Assembly (NCBI RefSeq): GCF_000010625.1
Contig: NC_010296.1
Location: 4,230,001-4,262,000 of the forward strand
Length of the DNA: 32,000 bases
Reading direction: 5' to 3'
DNA from: Microcystis aeruginosa NIES-843
Lineage (GTDB): Bacteria; Cyanobacteriota; Cyanobacteriia; Cyanobacteriales; Microcystaceae
A program made the position numbers and the translations under genes. A model generated the notes under the pieces. That model saw only the letters and a list, made by a program, of their open reading frames with translations, made no database searches and had not been told where the DNA came from. Positions 24,856 through 32,000 of this stretch are shown here, one piece after another (the first letter of the stretch is position 1; each line of letters starts with the position of its first letter).

Positions 24856-26334
24856 ATGTATATAGTTCAGATTGCCTCTGAGTGCGCCCCAGTGATTAAA
24901 GCTGGGGGATTGGGGGATGTGGTATATGGATTGAGTCGAGAATTAGAAATTCGCGGTCATTGCGTGGAGCTAATCCTACCCATGTATGATTGTATGCGCT
25001 ACGACCAAATTTGGGGCTTACACGAGGCTTATCGGGACCTGTGGGTGCCTTGGTACGGTGGGGCAATTCACTGTAATGTTTTTTGTGGTTGGGTACACGG
25101 GCGCTTGTGTTTCTTTATTCAACCCAATTCGGGCGATAATTTCTTTAATCGCGGTACTTACTACGGTTGCAAAGACGATAATATGCGTTTTGCCTTCTTC
25201 TGCAAAGCCGCTTTAGAATTTTTGCTCAGAAGTAATAAACGTCCCGATATAATTCATTGTCACGACTGGCAAACCGGTTTAATTCCGCCCTTACTTTTTG
25301 AAATTTATAAATATCATGGTATGGGCAATCAGCGCGTTCTCTACACCATCCATAACTTTAAACATCAAGGATTTGCTGGTGCGGAAATTCTCTGGGCAAC
25401 AGGATTAAATAACGATACTTACTACTTTAGCTATGCCCGAATGCGCGATAACTTCAATCCTTTTGTGATTAATTTTATGAAAGGTGGTATCGTCTTTTCC
25501 AACTATTTCAACACCGTCTCACCCCACCATGCTTGGGAAGCACACCACACCGATGTTAGTTACGGTTTAGGTCATACAATTCACCTGCATCAACACAAAT
25601 TTACTGGCATTCTCAACGGTTTAGATTACAATATCTGGAACCCAGAGGTGGATAAATTTATTGCTGCACCCTACGGTGTTGATAGCTTCTCCGAGAAGGC
25701 CCGCAATAAGAAGGCACTGCGAGAAAGACTCTGGTTAAGAGATGAAGCAGAAAAACCCTTAATTTGTTATGTCGGTCGTTTAGATGACCAAAAAGGCGTA
25801 CATTTAGTTCACCATGCCATGTATTATGCCTTAGCTCGCGGGGCGCAATTTGTCCTCTTAGGTTCCGCCACCGAATCGTTAATTAATAACTGGTTCTGGC
25901 ATGAGAAAAATCACCTAAATAATAACCCTGATGTCCATATTGAATTGGGCTTTAATGAGGAATTATCTCACCTCATTTATGCGGGGGCCGATATGATTGT
26001 GGTTCCCAGTAATTTTGAACCCTGCGGACTGACACAAGTAATCAGCTTAAAATACGGAACCGTTCCCATCGTCCGGGGAGTTGGTGGTTTGGTTAATACG
26101 GTTTTTGATCGCGATTATGATACCTATCACAAACCCGAAGAACGCAATGGTTTTGTCTTTTTTGATCCCGATAATAATGCCCTCGAATCAGCCATGTCCC
26201 GGGCATTAGAATTGTGGTACACTCAACCGGAAGAATTCAAAAAATTAGCGATTCAAGGCATGGAATGCGATTACTCTTGGAATCGCCCCGGGGAAGAATA
26301 CGTTGCCCTGTATGAAATGATTCGCCACAAATAA
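24856..26334 (+). CDS. glgA: Glycogen synthase (GlgA2-type)
   Basis: 492 aa. MYIVQIASECAPVIKAGGLGDVVYGLSRELE carries the KxGGL motif. A C-terminal GT-B domain is present (PSNFEPCGLTQ). Confidence 0.92.
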   Translation: MYIVQIASECAPVIKAGGLGDVVYGLSRELEIRGHCVELILPMYDCMRYDQIWGLHEAYRDLWVPWYGGAIHCNVFCGWVHGRLCFFIQPNSGDNFFNRGTYYGCKDDNMRFAFFCKAALEFLLRSNKRPDIIHCHDWQTGLIPPLLFEIYKYHGMGNQRVLYTIHNFKHQGFAGAEILWATGLNNDTYYFSYARMRDNFNPFVINFMKGGIVFSNYFNTVSPHHAWEAHHTDVSYGLGHTIHLHQHKFTGILNGLDYNIWNPEVDKFIAAPYGVDSFSEKARNKKALRERLWLRDEAEKPLICYVGRLDDQKGVHLVHHAMYYALARGAQFVLLGSATESLINNWFWHEKNHLNNNPDVHIELGFNEELSHLIYAGADMIVVPSNFEPCGLTQVISLKYGTVPIVRGVGGLVNTVFDRDYDTYHKPEERNGFVFFDPDNNALESAMSRALELWYTQPEEFKKLAIQGMECDYSWNRPGEEYVALYEMIRHK

Positions 26335-26426
26335 ACTGCATCTTGCCCCTAGCAATTCCCTGGCAGTTGTCAACAGAAATTCGAGGAATAGATTTGTTGA
26401 AATTTCCGGGGAATTGCTTTAGTTTT

Positions 26427-26490
26427 GACCGACTCCTGACTCCTGATGACCGACTCCTAACCCCACCAAAAAACTTTTTGCCGCAAACCC
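26427..26490. repeat. Degenerate family-A MITE arm (solo end)
   Basis: CCGACTCCTGACTCCTGATGACCGACTCCTAA short repeats are followed by AAAAAACTTTTTGCCGCAAACCC, then TACCTA. Compare the terminus ...CTTTTTCAGCAAACCC + TANNTA. No opposite terminus was found. Confidence 0.5.
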
Positions 26491-26493
26491 TAC

Positions 26494-27294
26494 CTAGTAG
26501 AGCAGAAATGTTAACTTTGCTTGGTATTCTTGGGTGAGGGGATGACTAACTCCTAAAATCTGAAATATGGCTAACATGGCTTTTCTTGCCCCATCCTGAC
26601 GATATTTTCTACTTTCTCCCACCAGGCTGATCAGTTTATCTAAAGCGGCGGCATAATCTTCTTTTAATGCGGAATTAATCCCAGTAAAAAATATCGCATC
26701 GAGGGGATTATTTTCTGGTTTTAACTGTTGAAATTCTAGGAGAGTTTTCCAACCTTTGATCAGGGGATTTTCTTCTTTAATAGCACTGATTAATCGGTAA
26801 GCATCAGACCATTTTTCTAGACGCATGAGAAATTTTACCGCCATAATAACTAATCGTGGTTCGTTGGGATATTTAGGAAAAAGACGATCAAATAATTGTT
26901 TAGCTGCGGGCAAATTATCGAGGGCAATCGCTTCTTGTATTTCTGCTAATCCTGTTTCTAATTCCGATTTTAAATCGAGACGGGAAAATAAGTCTCTAAT
27001 TTGTTCTTCTGGCAAAGCACCAACAAAACAGGGTAACACTTCTCCCTTGCTGACAATTCGCACATCGGGAACTCCTTCCACATCGTATTGTTCGGCTAAG
27101 TCGGGATTTTTATCTATATCTATTTTGGCCAGGATAAAATTATATTCGCTTGCCAGTTTTTCTAGCATCGGTTTTACCAATTTACAGGGTCCACACCACA
27201 GAGCATAAAAGTCTAAAATCACCGTATTTAGATAGGATTTCTCGATCACTTCACTGTCAAAATTTGTCCCATCTACCTCAATAGAATATCCCAT
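26494..27294 (-). CDS. Thioredoxin-domain protein with C-terminal TPR-like domain (YbbN/CnoX-like)
   Basis: 266 aa with an N-terminal thioredoxin fold carrying WCGPCK, and a helical-repeat C-terminal ~150 aa. Confidence 0.8.
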   Translation of the reverse strand: MGYSIEVDGTNFDSEVIEKSYLNTVILDFYALWCGPCKLVKPMLEKLASEYNFILAKIDIDKNPDLAEQYDVEGVPDVRIVSKGEVLPCFVGALPEEQIRDLFSRLDLKSELETGLAEIQEAIALDNLPAAKQLFDRLFPKYPNEPRLVIMAVKFLMRLEKWSDAYRLISAIKEENPLIKGWKTLLEFQQLKPENNPLDAIFFTGINSALKEDYAAALDKLISLVGESRKYRQDGARKAMLAIFQILGVSHPLTQEYQAKLTFLLY

Positions 27295-27939
27295 CTATTT
27301 CTCCTCTAATAACTTATTTTCAGCTAGTTTTGTCTCACTTATCTCTTTTATCCAAAGGGCTAATCCTCCCCCTCGTCCCCGGGCTGCCATCATTGTTTCT
27401 GTGATCAGAAAATAGGCAAAAAATGCCTGTTTTTTGATACTTTCCTGATAAAAATTCGCTTCACTTACCTGGCCATTTCTAATAAAACCTGAATAGAGAG
27501 AGCGATTAAATAGGGTTAGGTTGAGCCGGGTAAAATCAAAGGCAAGAAGACGGGTTTTAGGAAAAAACTTAACCGGACCGCTTACGGATAGTTTTACTGC
27601 CCCTAAAACTATCTGATTGCTGACGCTTCCAGAGATAAATTCTCCCGGTTCTAAACTCTCATTTCTTTGGTAAGAGATGGTAATTTTTAACCAGGATGGT
27701 AGATAGCGACCCTTACCCAAAACAATCCCCGCTCTCTTTTTCGCTTTTTGAGTTCCCGTGATAAAGTATAATCGCCAAGTACCGACTAAAGCCTCAAAAG
27801 TAAGATTTTCTTTAGTTTTTTTATTGTTTTTTTCTTTTGTTAAGAGAAATTCTAGCAATTGAGAGACAGGGGGGCGATTATTGTCCTCAAGTATTAGGGG
27901 TGAGTCGAGATTTATAACCATGATTTCAGACAGTGCCAA
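27295..27939 (-). CDS. Conserved hypothetical protein (weak PAP/fibrillin-like pattern)
   Basis: 214 aa. The stop abuts the start of 26494-27294, suggesting an operon. LVGTWRLYFITG... and the C-terminal AARGRGGGLALW loosely recall fibrillin-family motifs. The functional call is weak. Confidence 0.55.
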   Translation of the reverse strand: MALSEIMVINLDSPLILEDNNRPPVSQLLEFLLTKEKNNKKTKENLTFEALVGTWRLYFITGTQKAKKRAGIVLGKGRYLPSWLKITISYQRNESLEPGEFISGSVSNQIVLGAVKLSVSGPVKFFPKTRLLAFDFTRLNLTLFNRSLYSGFIRNGQVSEANFYQESIKKQAFFAYFLITETMMAARGRGGGLALWIKEISETKLAENKLLEEK

Positions 27940-27955
27940 GATATTTTAGCTGAAG

Positions 27956-28591
27956 CTACCGAACTCGAAAAAGCGAGCGATAAACCGGTTGACCCTTATT
28001 ATAAGTGGACTTTTCCCTTTCCGTCGGTACGGGGAAAATATTTTCCTCTAACCAGGGGGTTTGATGTTGCCGAACAAAATGGGGATGTGCTTGAAATCTC
28101 TCGGTCATTTCCAGGGCGATCGATTCCACATCCGACTGTAAAAAAACCCAGCCCCCAGCTACCATATACTTAGCCAAAGCTATTACTAATTCTGGCTGCA
28201 CAACCCGACGCTTACTGTGACGCTGTTTAAACCAAGGATCTGGAAATTGAATCGACACCCAAAATAACTTATCTGCGGGCAAAGATTGCAGTAAAATTTC
28301 TGGGGCAACATTCATATTGCCAAAAACAAAAGCGAGATTACTTAATCCTAACCTTTCCCGTTCCTGATTGGCTTCAATTACCAAAGGTTGACGAATTTCA
28401 ATCCCCAAAAAATTAATTTCTGGCTCTACTTGGGCCATTTGTAACAAAAATTTACCCCGCGCACAACCAATGTCAAGATGGAGAGGTTGCGTCATATCCT
28501 GATAAACTTGATTCCAATCGGGGGGAGCGATCGGATGGCGATATTTATGACTTAAGGGATTGACGTGCTGACGAACGCGAACTTTAGCCAA
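27956..28591 (-). CDS. trmB: tRNA (guanine-N7)-methyltransferase
   Basis: 211 aa. RQHVNPL..., LDIGCARGKFLL (SAM motif) and FPDPWFKQRHSKRRVV are TrmB hallmarks. Confidence 0.9.
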   Translation of the reverse strand: MAKVRVRQHVNPLSHKYRHPIAPPDWNQVYQDMTQPLHLDIGCARGKFLLQMAQVEPEINFLGIEIRQPLVIEANQERERLGLSNLAFVFGNMNVAPEILLQSLPADKLFWVSIQFPDPWFKQRHSKRRVVQPELVIALAKYMVAGGWVFLQSDVESIALEMTERFQAHPHFVRQHQTPWLEENIFPVPTEREKSTYNKGQPVYRSLFRVR

Positions 28592-28656
28592 AGATATTTT
28601 CTCCTCATTTCTCCTCGATCGATCTAGTTTACCGATATTTAGCCCAATTGAATGCG

Positions 28657-29745
28657 ATGAATTTCCGTTTCGCCATTCTCAGCGATCCTCATATCGCTTT
28701 ACCCACAACCATTTTGAACCATTCTAATCGCTTTCATCTGGTGGAAGTGAGTATTCCCGCTTTAAAAATTGTTTTAGACCATCTCATCACCCTTAACCTC
28801 GATTTTCTGCTGATTGCTGGCGATTTAACCCAAGATGGTGAACCAGAAAATCACCGTTGGTTAGCCGATTGTTTAGCCACTTTACCCTTCCCCGTCTATG
28901 TGGTGCCGGGTAATCATGATGTTTTGAGTTTAACCGCGACGGAAAACCAGATCGGTTTAGGAGATTTTCCCTTTTATTATCAACAATTTGGTTACAGCAA
29001 TCCCGAACAAATATACTACCAAAAAGAAATTTTACCTGGAGTGCAATTAATCGGTCTTAATTCTAATCAATTCGATGATCAAGGTAAACAAATTGGCAGT
29101 TTAGATGCAGAACAATTGCATTGGTTAAAACAGATTTTACCCGCGCTAAAAAACGATCTAGTGATGGTGATGATCCATCATAACGTTATCGAGCATTTAC
29201 CCGGACAAAGCAATCATGAATTAGGTAAACGCTATATGTTGGCTAATGCGGTAGAACTGCTCGATATACTACAGGAAAACGGCGTAAAATTGTTGATTAC
29301 TGGCCATCTCCACGTGCAGGATCTGGCTTTTACTAGAGGTATCTATGAAATTACCACCGGTTCCCTCGTCAGTTATCCCCATCCCTACCGGGTGCTAGAA
29401 TATTGCGAAAACACGGTTGAATTAGCCATAGAATCCTTTCATCTGCAAAATATACCCGGATGGGAGAATTTACCCGCTATTTCTCGGCAATGGTTAGGCG
29501 ATCGCTCTTATCCTTTTATGATGCGTTTATTAACCTGCCATCCCCTCAATCTTCCCGTGAGTCTAGCGGAGGAATTAGCCCCGAAATTACGAAATTTTTG
29601 GGCAGATGTGGCCAAAGGTGACACAATCTTCGATTTTAGCGATTTTCCGCCCCTAGCACGCCGTTATTTTTACGCTTTCAGTGCCATCGATCCCCTCGGT
29701 AATCCTCATTTTATCGACAATCAAGCCGTAATTAGGGTTTGCTGA
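28657..29745 (+). CDS. Calcineurin-like metallophosphoesterase (C-terminus altered by MITE insertion)
   Basis: Motifs SDPHI, GDLTQDG, GNHD, HH and GHLH are present. I prefer the ATG at 28657 over the TTG at 28648. The last 3 sense codons (RVC) plus the TGA stop lie within MITE A4 (29735 onward). Confidence 0.85.
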   Translation: MNFRFAILSDPHIALPTTILNHSNRFHLVEVSIPALKIVLDHLITLNLDFLLIAGDLTQDGEPENHRWLADCLATLPFPVYVVPGNHDVLSLTATENQIGLGDFPFYYQQFGYSNPEQIYYQKEILPGVQLIGLNSNQFDDQGKQIGSLDAEQLHWLKQILPALKNDLVMVMIHHNVIEHLPGQSNHELGKRYMLANAVELLDILQENGVKLLITGHLHVQDLAFTRGIYEITTGSLVSYPHPYRVLEYCENTVELAIESFHLQNIPGWENLPAISRQWLGDRSYPFMMRLLTCHPLNLPVSLAEELAPKLRNFWADVAKGDTIFDFSDFPPLARRYFYAFSAIDPLGNPHFIDNQAVIRVC

Positions 29746-29947
29746 AAAAGCTTTTCCTAGGGGCAGGGTGTGGGGTGTGGGGTGTGGGGTGTGGGGTTTT
29801 ACCGATTTTCAGGTGGTCAATTACCTAATTTTCAGGGAAAAAGTACCTGAATTTTCCCCCCAATCACTCCAAAGGTCGGCACTTTTTGAGGGAAAACAAG
29901 TCTAAAAGTCTTATACAACAAGGTTTTTAGATTTATTCAGCAAGCCG
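29735..29947 (-). mobile_element. Family-A MITE copy A4 (213 bp) inserted in the 3' end of a CDS
   Basis: The left terminus is GGGTTTGCTGAA. The right terminus is diverged (TTCAGCAAGCCG). TAATTA lies at 29729-29734 and 29948-29953, inside a longer 13-bp direct repeat CAAGCCGTAATTA. The interior carries (GGGGTGTG)n. Confidence 0.85.
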
Positions 29948-30100
29948 TAATTAGTTTCAAGCATCAGTTCAGTTATCGGCGCTCAAACTTGCTGGTGGAG
30001 ATGGGAGAATAGCTGCAACAAATAATTAACTATAGCTTATAGTTAAAGGACTATCCGGCAGCGCGACCGCTATCTTGGCAGAAAATATCAAAAAAAATCA

Positions 30101-30586
30101 ATGGAAGCAATTAAAAAGGAATTGAAAAAAATCGGTTCTCTTGCCCTGTTTTTTTTCTTGGCTTTCGGTTATATTCTTCTGATCATGAAATTATTTCTGG
30201 AAGAATATTCGATTACTACCTACGTTTTGGGTAAAGCGAGCTTAGGGGCGATCATTGCGGCAAAAACCGTGGCCATTCTCGACGCAGCCATGAAGCTAGA
30301 ATGGTTAGAAAATCGACCCCGTTACCTTAGCATTCTGTATCGAACCTTTGTTTATACCCTAGCAGCACTGATTCTCGGCTCGATCGAGGGTTTTCTGGAA
30401 GCTTATCGGGTAACGCGGGTAATTTCGGAGGCAATGGCCAAATTTTGGCAAAGGGAAAGTTTCTCTCAAATCCTTGCGGTTACTCTCTGTCTAGCAGTGG
30501 TTTTTTGTCTCCACAATCTCTGGCAAGAAATCGATCGCTATTGGGGTAAAGGCAAATTGAGAAAATTTTTTCTCGGTCGCTCCTAG
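30101..30586 (+). CDS. Hypothetical integral membrane protein (4 TM)
   Basis: 161 aa with four hydrophobic helices. I recognise no family. Confidence 0.55.
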   Translation: MEAIKKELKKIGSLALFFFLAFGYILLIMKLFLEEYSITTYVLGKASLGAIIAAKTVAILDAAMKLEWLENRPRYLSILYRTFVYTLAALILGSIEGFLEAYRVTRVISEAMAKFWQRESFSQILAVTLCLAVVFCLHNLWQEIDRYWGKGKLRKFFLGRS

Positions 30587-30630
30587 AGTACAGCAGTTAT
30601 CTTAATGGTGAGATGGCAAGTTTTCCTTTT

Positions 30631-30775
30631 GGGGAGTCGGGAGATAAGAGTCAGGGATTTAGGGAGATAGGGATTTAGGGAAATTTCAGCTAAATTCCCC
30701 ACTACCCCCCGCAACGCGCACGCAGTGACCACCCCACTACCCCACTACCCCACGAAAAACTTGTTCAGCAAACCC
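30631..30775. repeat. Half family-A MITE: GGG-octamer module, palindrome, CCCCACTA repeats and right terminus only
   Basis: It shares AGGGATTTAGGGAGATAGGGA...AAATTTCAGCTAAATTCCCCACTACCCC with 24611-24685. It ends GAAAAACTTGTTCAGCAAACCC followed by TATTTA (TANNTA). There is no left terminus. Confidence 0.75.
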
Positions 30776-30870
30776 TATTTAAGCAGTGTGTGCGATCGCC
30801 CTATCTTTCCAGGGCAACCGCTGCTACGATAAAATACGGGTGAAAAATTGCTAATCCAAGGAGTACAGAC

Positions 30871-30987
30871 GTGATTGAACCTTTAGTGCTAGGGATTGTC
30901 CTAGGCTTAATTCCCATTACCCTAGCGGGTTTGTTCGTTGCCGCCTACTTACAGTACAAACGGGGCAATCAATTCGGCTTAGACTAA
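30871..30987 (+). CDS. petG: Cytochrome b6-f complex subunit 5 (PetG)
   Basis: GTG start with AAGGAG at 30858-30863. The translation (V/M)[37 protein letters not shown] matches my memory of PetG almost exactly. It is below the 60-aa ORF-track cutoff. Confidence 0.9.
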   Translation: MIEPLVLGIVLGLIPITLAGLFVAAYLQYKRGNQFGLD

Positions 30988-31019
30988 ATCTATCACGCCA
31001 ATCCCCCGAATTGAGACAA

Positions 31020-31055
31020 TCTCCCGTCAAGCTAGGCACTAGACGGGAGATTTTC
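31020..31055 (+). terminator. Rho-independent terminator after petG
   Basis: TCTCCCGTC-AAGCTAGGCACTA-GACGGGAGA is a 9-bp perfect stem followed by TTTTC. Confidence 0.7.
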
Positions 31056-31157
31056 AACAGGACAAATTTGCCGCTTAACAGATTGTGGCTGCCGGGGTTG
31101 CCATCCCTGCACAACTCCTCTGTCTTTTTGGGAAAGCGATCGCCAAAAAACCAAAGG

Positions 31158-31709
31158 CTACACGGCTGTTAAACTAGGAAAACGAATGACAGTTTCCGTA
31201 TATTCGGGAACCCATCCGGCGGTACTGGTGAAGTAACGTACTGCTTTAACTCGTTTACTGGCAGTGAGGTGAAACCAGTGTTCGCTATGGGCGGGAACAT
31301 TGATATATTCTTGAGGTTGAATAGTTAATTCCCCCTGAGAACCATCGGCAAAGACAAAGCCAAAAACCCCCTCCCCATCAATGATATAACGCACCTCATC
31401 GTCGGCGTGGGTGTGACAGCGCTCGAATTTTGCCAGTAAAGTGTCGAGATTGGCAATTTCAGGGTGTAAAACGATTAAATCTCTAGCTTGATAACCCGCT
31501 TCTTGCTTTAGTTGCTCAAAATAACCGTCTAAGCTGGTTAAAACTATTTCTTTTTCTTCGTCAGTCAGAGAAGCTTGTTTAAGTAGCTGACGAGTGGCTT
31601 CGTTTTCGATCGGCCAATAGTTTAAAGTAACATTTAATTTGGCTAATTCCAGACTAATATCGGCTAACTGGGTATAGGTTGTCCCATTCTCTAAGCGTAG
31701 TATCGCCAT
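31158..31709 (-). CDS. mtnD: Acireductone dioxygenase (ARD, cupin; methionine salvage)
   Basis: 183 aa with the cupin metal motif HTHADDEVRYIIDGEGVF...PAHSEHWF and the usual ARD length and layout. Confidence 0.8.
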   Translation of the reverse strand: MAILRLENGTTYTQLADISLELAKLNVTLNYWPIENEATRQLLKQASLTDEEKEIVLTSLDGYFEQLKQEAGYQARDLIVLHPEIANLDTLLAKFERCHTHADDEVRYIIDGEGVFGFVFADGSQGELTIQPQEYINVPAHSEHWFHLTASKRVKAVRYFTSTAGWVPEYTETVIRFPSLTAV

Positions 31710-31840
31710 TAGTTATCATCCTCAAGATTACTTTTTCCATTTTAAAGTTTTCCAGAGAGAAGCCGCTCGATTTTTTGCCCCTCGATCCCTTGCCAGTTCC
31801 TAGGATTTTCTGCTCAAAAATGCTATTATGGTCTATATAT

Positions 31841-31913
31841 GGGGAATTAGCTCAGTTGGTAGAGTGCTGCGATCGCACCGCAGAGGTCAGGGATTCGAGT
31901 TCCCTATTCTCCA
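31841..31913 (+). tRNA. tRNA-Ala (anticodon CGC)
   Basis: Cloverleaf folded by eye. The acceptor stem is GGGGAAT/ATTCTCC with the G3:U70 alanine identity pair. The anticodon stem is CTGCG/CGCAG with loop AT-CGC-AC. The T-arm is GGGATTCGAGTTCCC. CCA is not encoded. Confidence 0.9.
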
Positions 31914-32000
31914 TTTTCCAGAGATATTAACCGCTTTTCAAGGTTCAAGAAAGATTATGAACCAGTCTCAACTTCCCAAAAAGGCGTTACTTTTATTTCT

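Noticed and set aside
26343-26537. 64-aa ORF between glgA and the thioredoxin-TPR gene
   Set aside because: It translates the degenerate MITE arm (the DRLLTP repeat comes from the GACCGACTCCTGA short repeats) and overlaps the 3' end of the convergent gene.
30917-31114. 65-aa minus-strand ORF
   Set aside because: It is antisense to petG and its terminator hairpin.
31679-31930. 83-aa plus-strand ORF
   Set aside because: It overlaps the mtnD start on the opposite strand and reads straight through the tRNA-Ala gene.

Overview
Cyanobacterial chromosomal DNA. The HIP1 octamer GCGATCGC is scattered throughout, and the gene content and very heavy MITE/IS load look most like Microcystis; that assignment is from memory, not a search. 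Core genes I recognise: a CAAD/CurT-like thylakoid protein, a 4xCBS protein, trxA, a CBS-CP12 fusion, groES-groEL behind a perfect CIRCE operator, corA, apcD, an SPFH/stomatin-like protein, gor, PBP4-type dacB, GlgA2-type glgA, a thioredoxin-TPR (YbbN-like) protein, trmB, a metallophosphoesterase, petG (38 codons, missing from the ORF track), mtnD and tRNA-Ala(CGC). The accessory content is concentrated in a roughly 8.7-kb island (about 7.9-16.6 kb) between groESL and corA. The island holds a 1682-bp IS nested in a MITE, a translationally coupled TPR-array protein plus STAND/ORC-like P-loop ATPase, hicBA, an orphan DUF2281-like antitoxin, a hicA remnant, two inverted paralogous tail-anchored coiled-coil mini-proteins, a 17-bp perfect inverted repeat around an 875-bp segment, and a serine-recombinase homologue with substituted catalytic positions. 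The best candidate for an undescribed system is the TPR + ATPase pair, possibly together with the neighbouring small membrane proteins. That is inference from domain architecture and context only. Two MITE families are resolved to the base. Family A shares its termini with the IS, makes a 6-bp TANNTA target duplication, and carries G-quadruplex octamer modules. One family A copy sits inside the 3' end of a CDS and supplies its stop codon.
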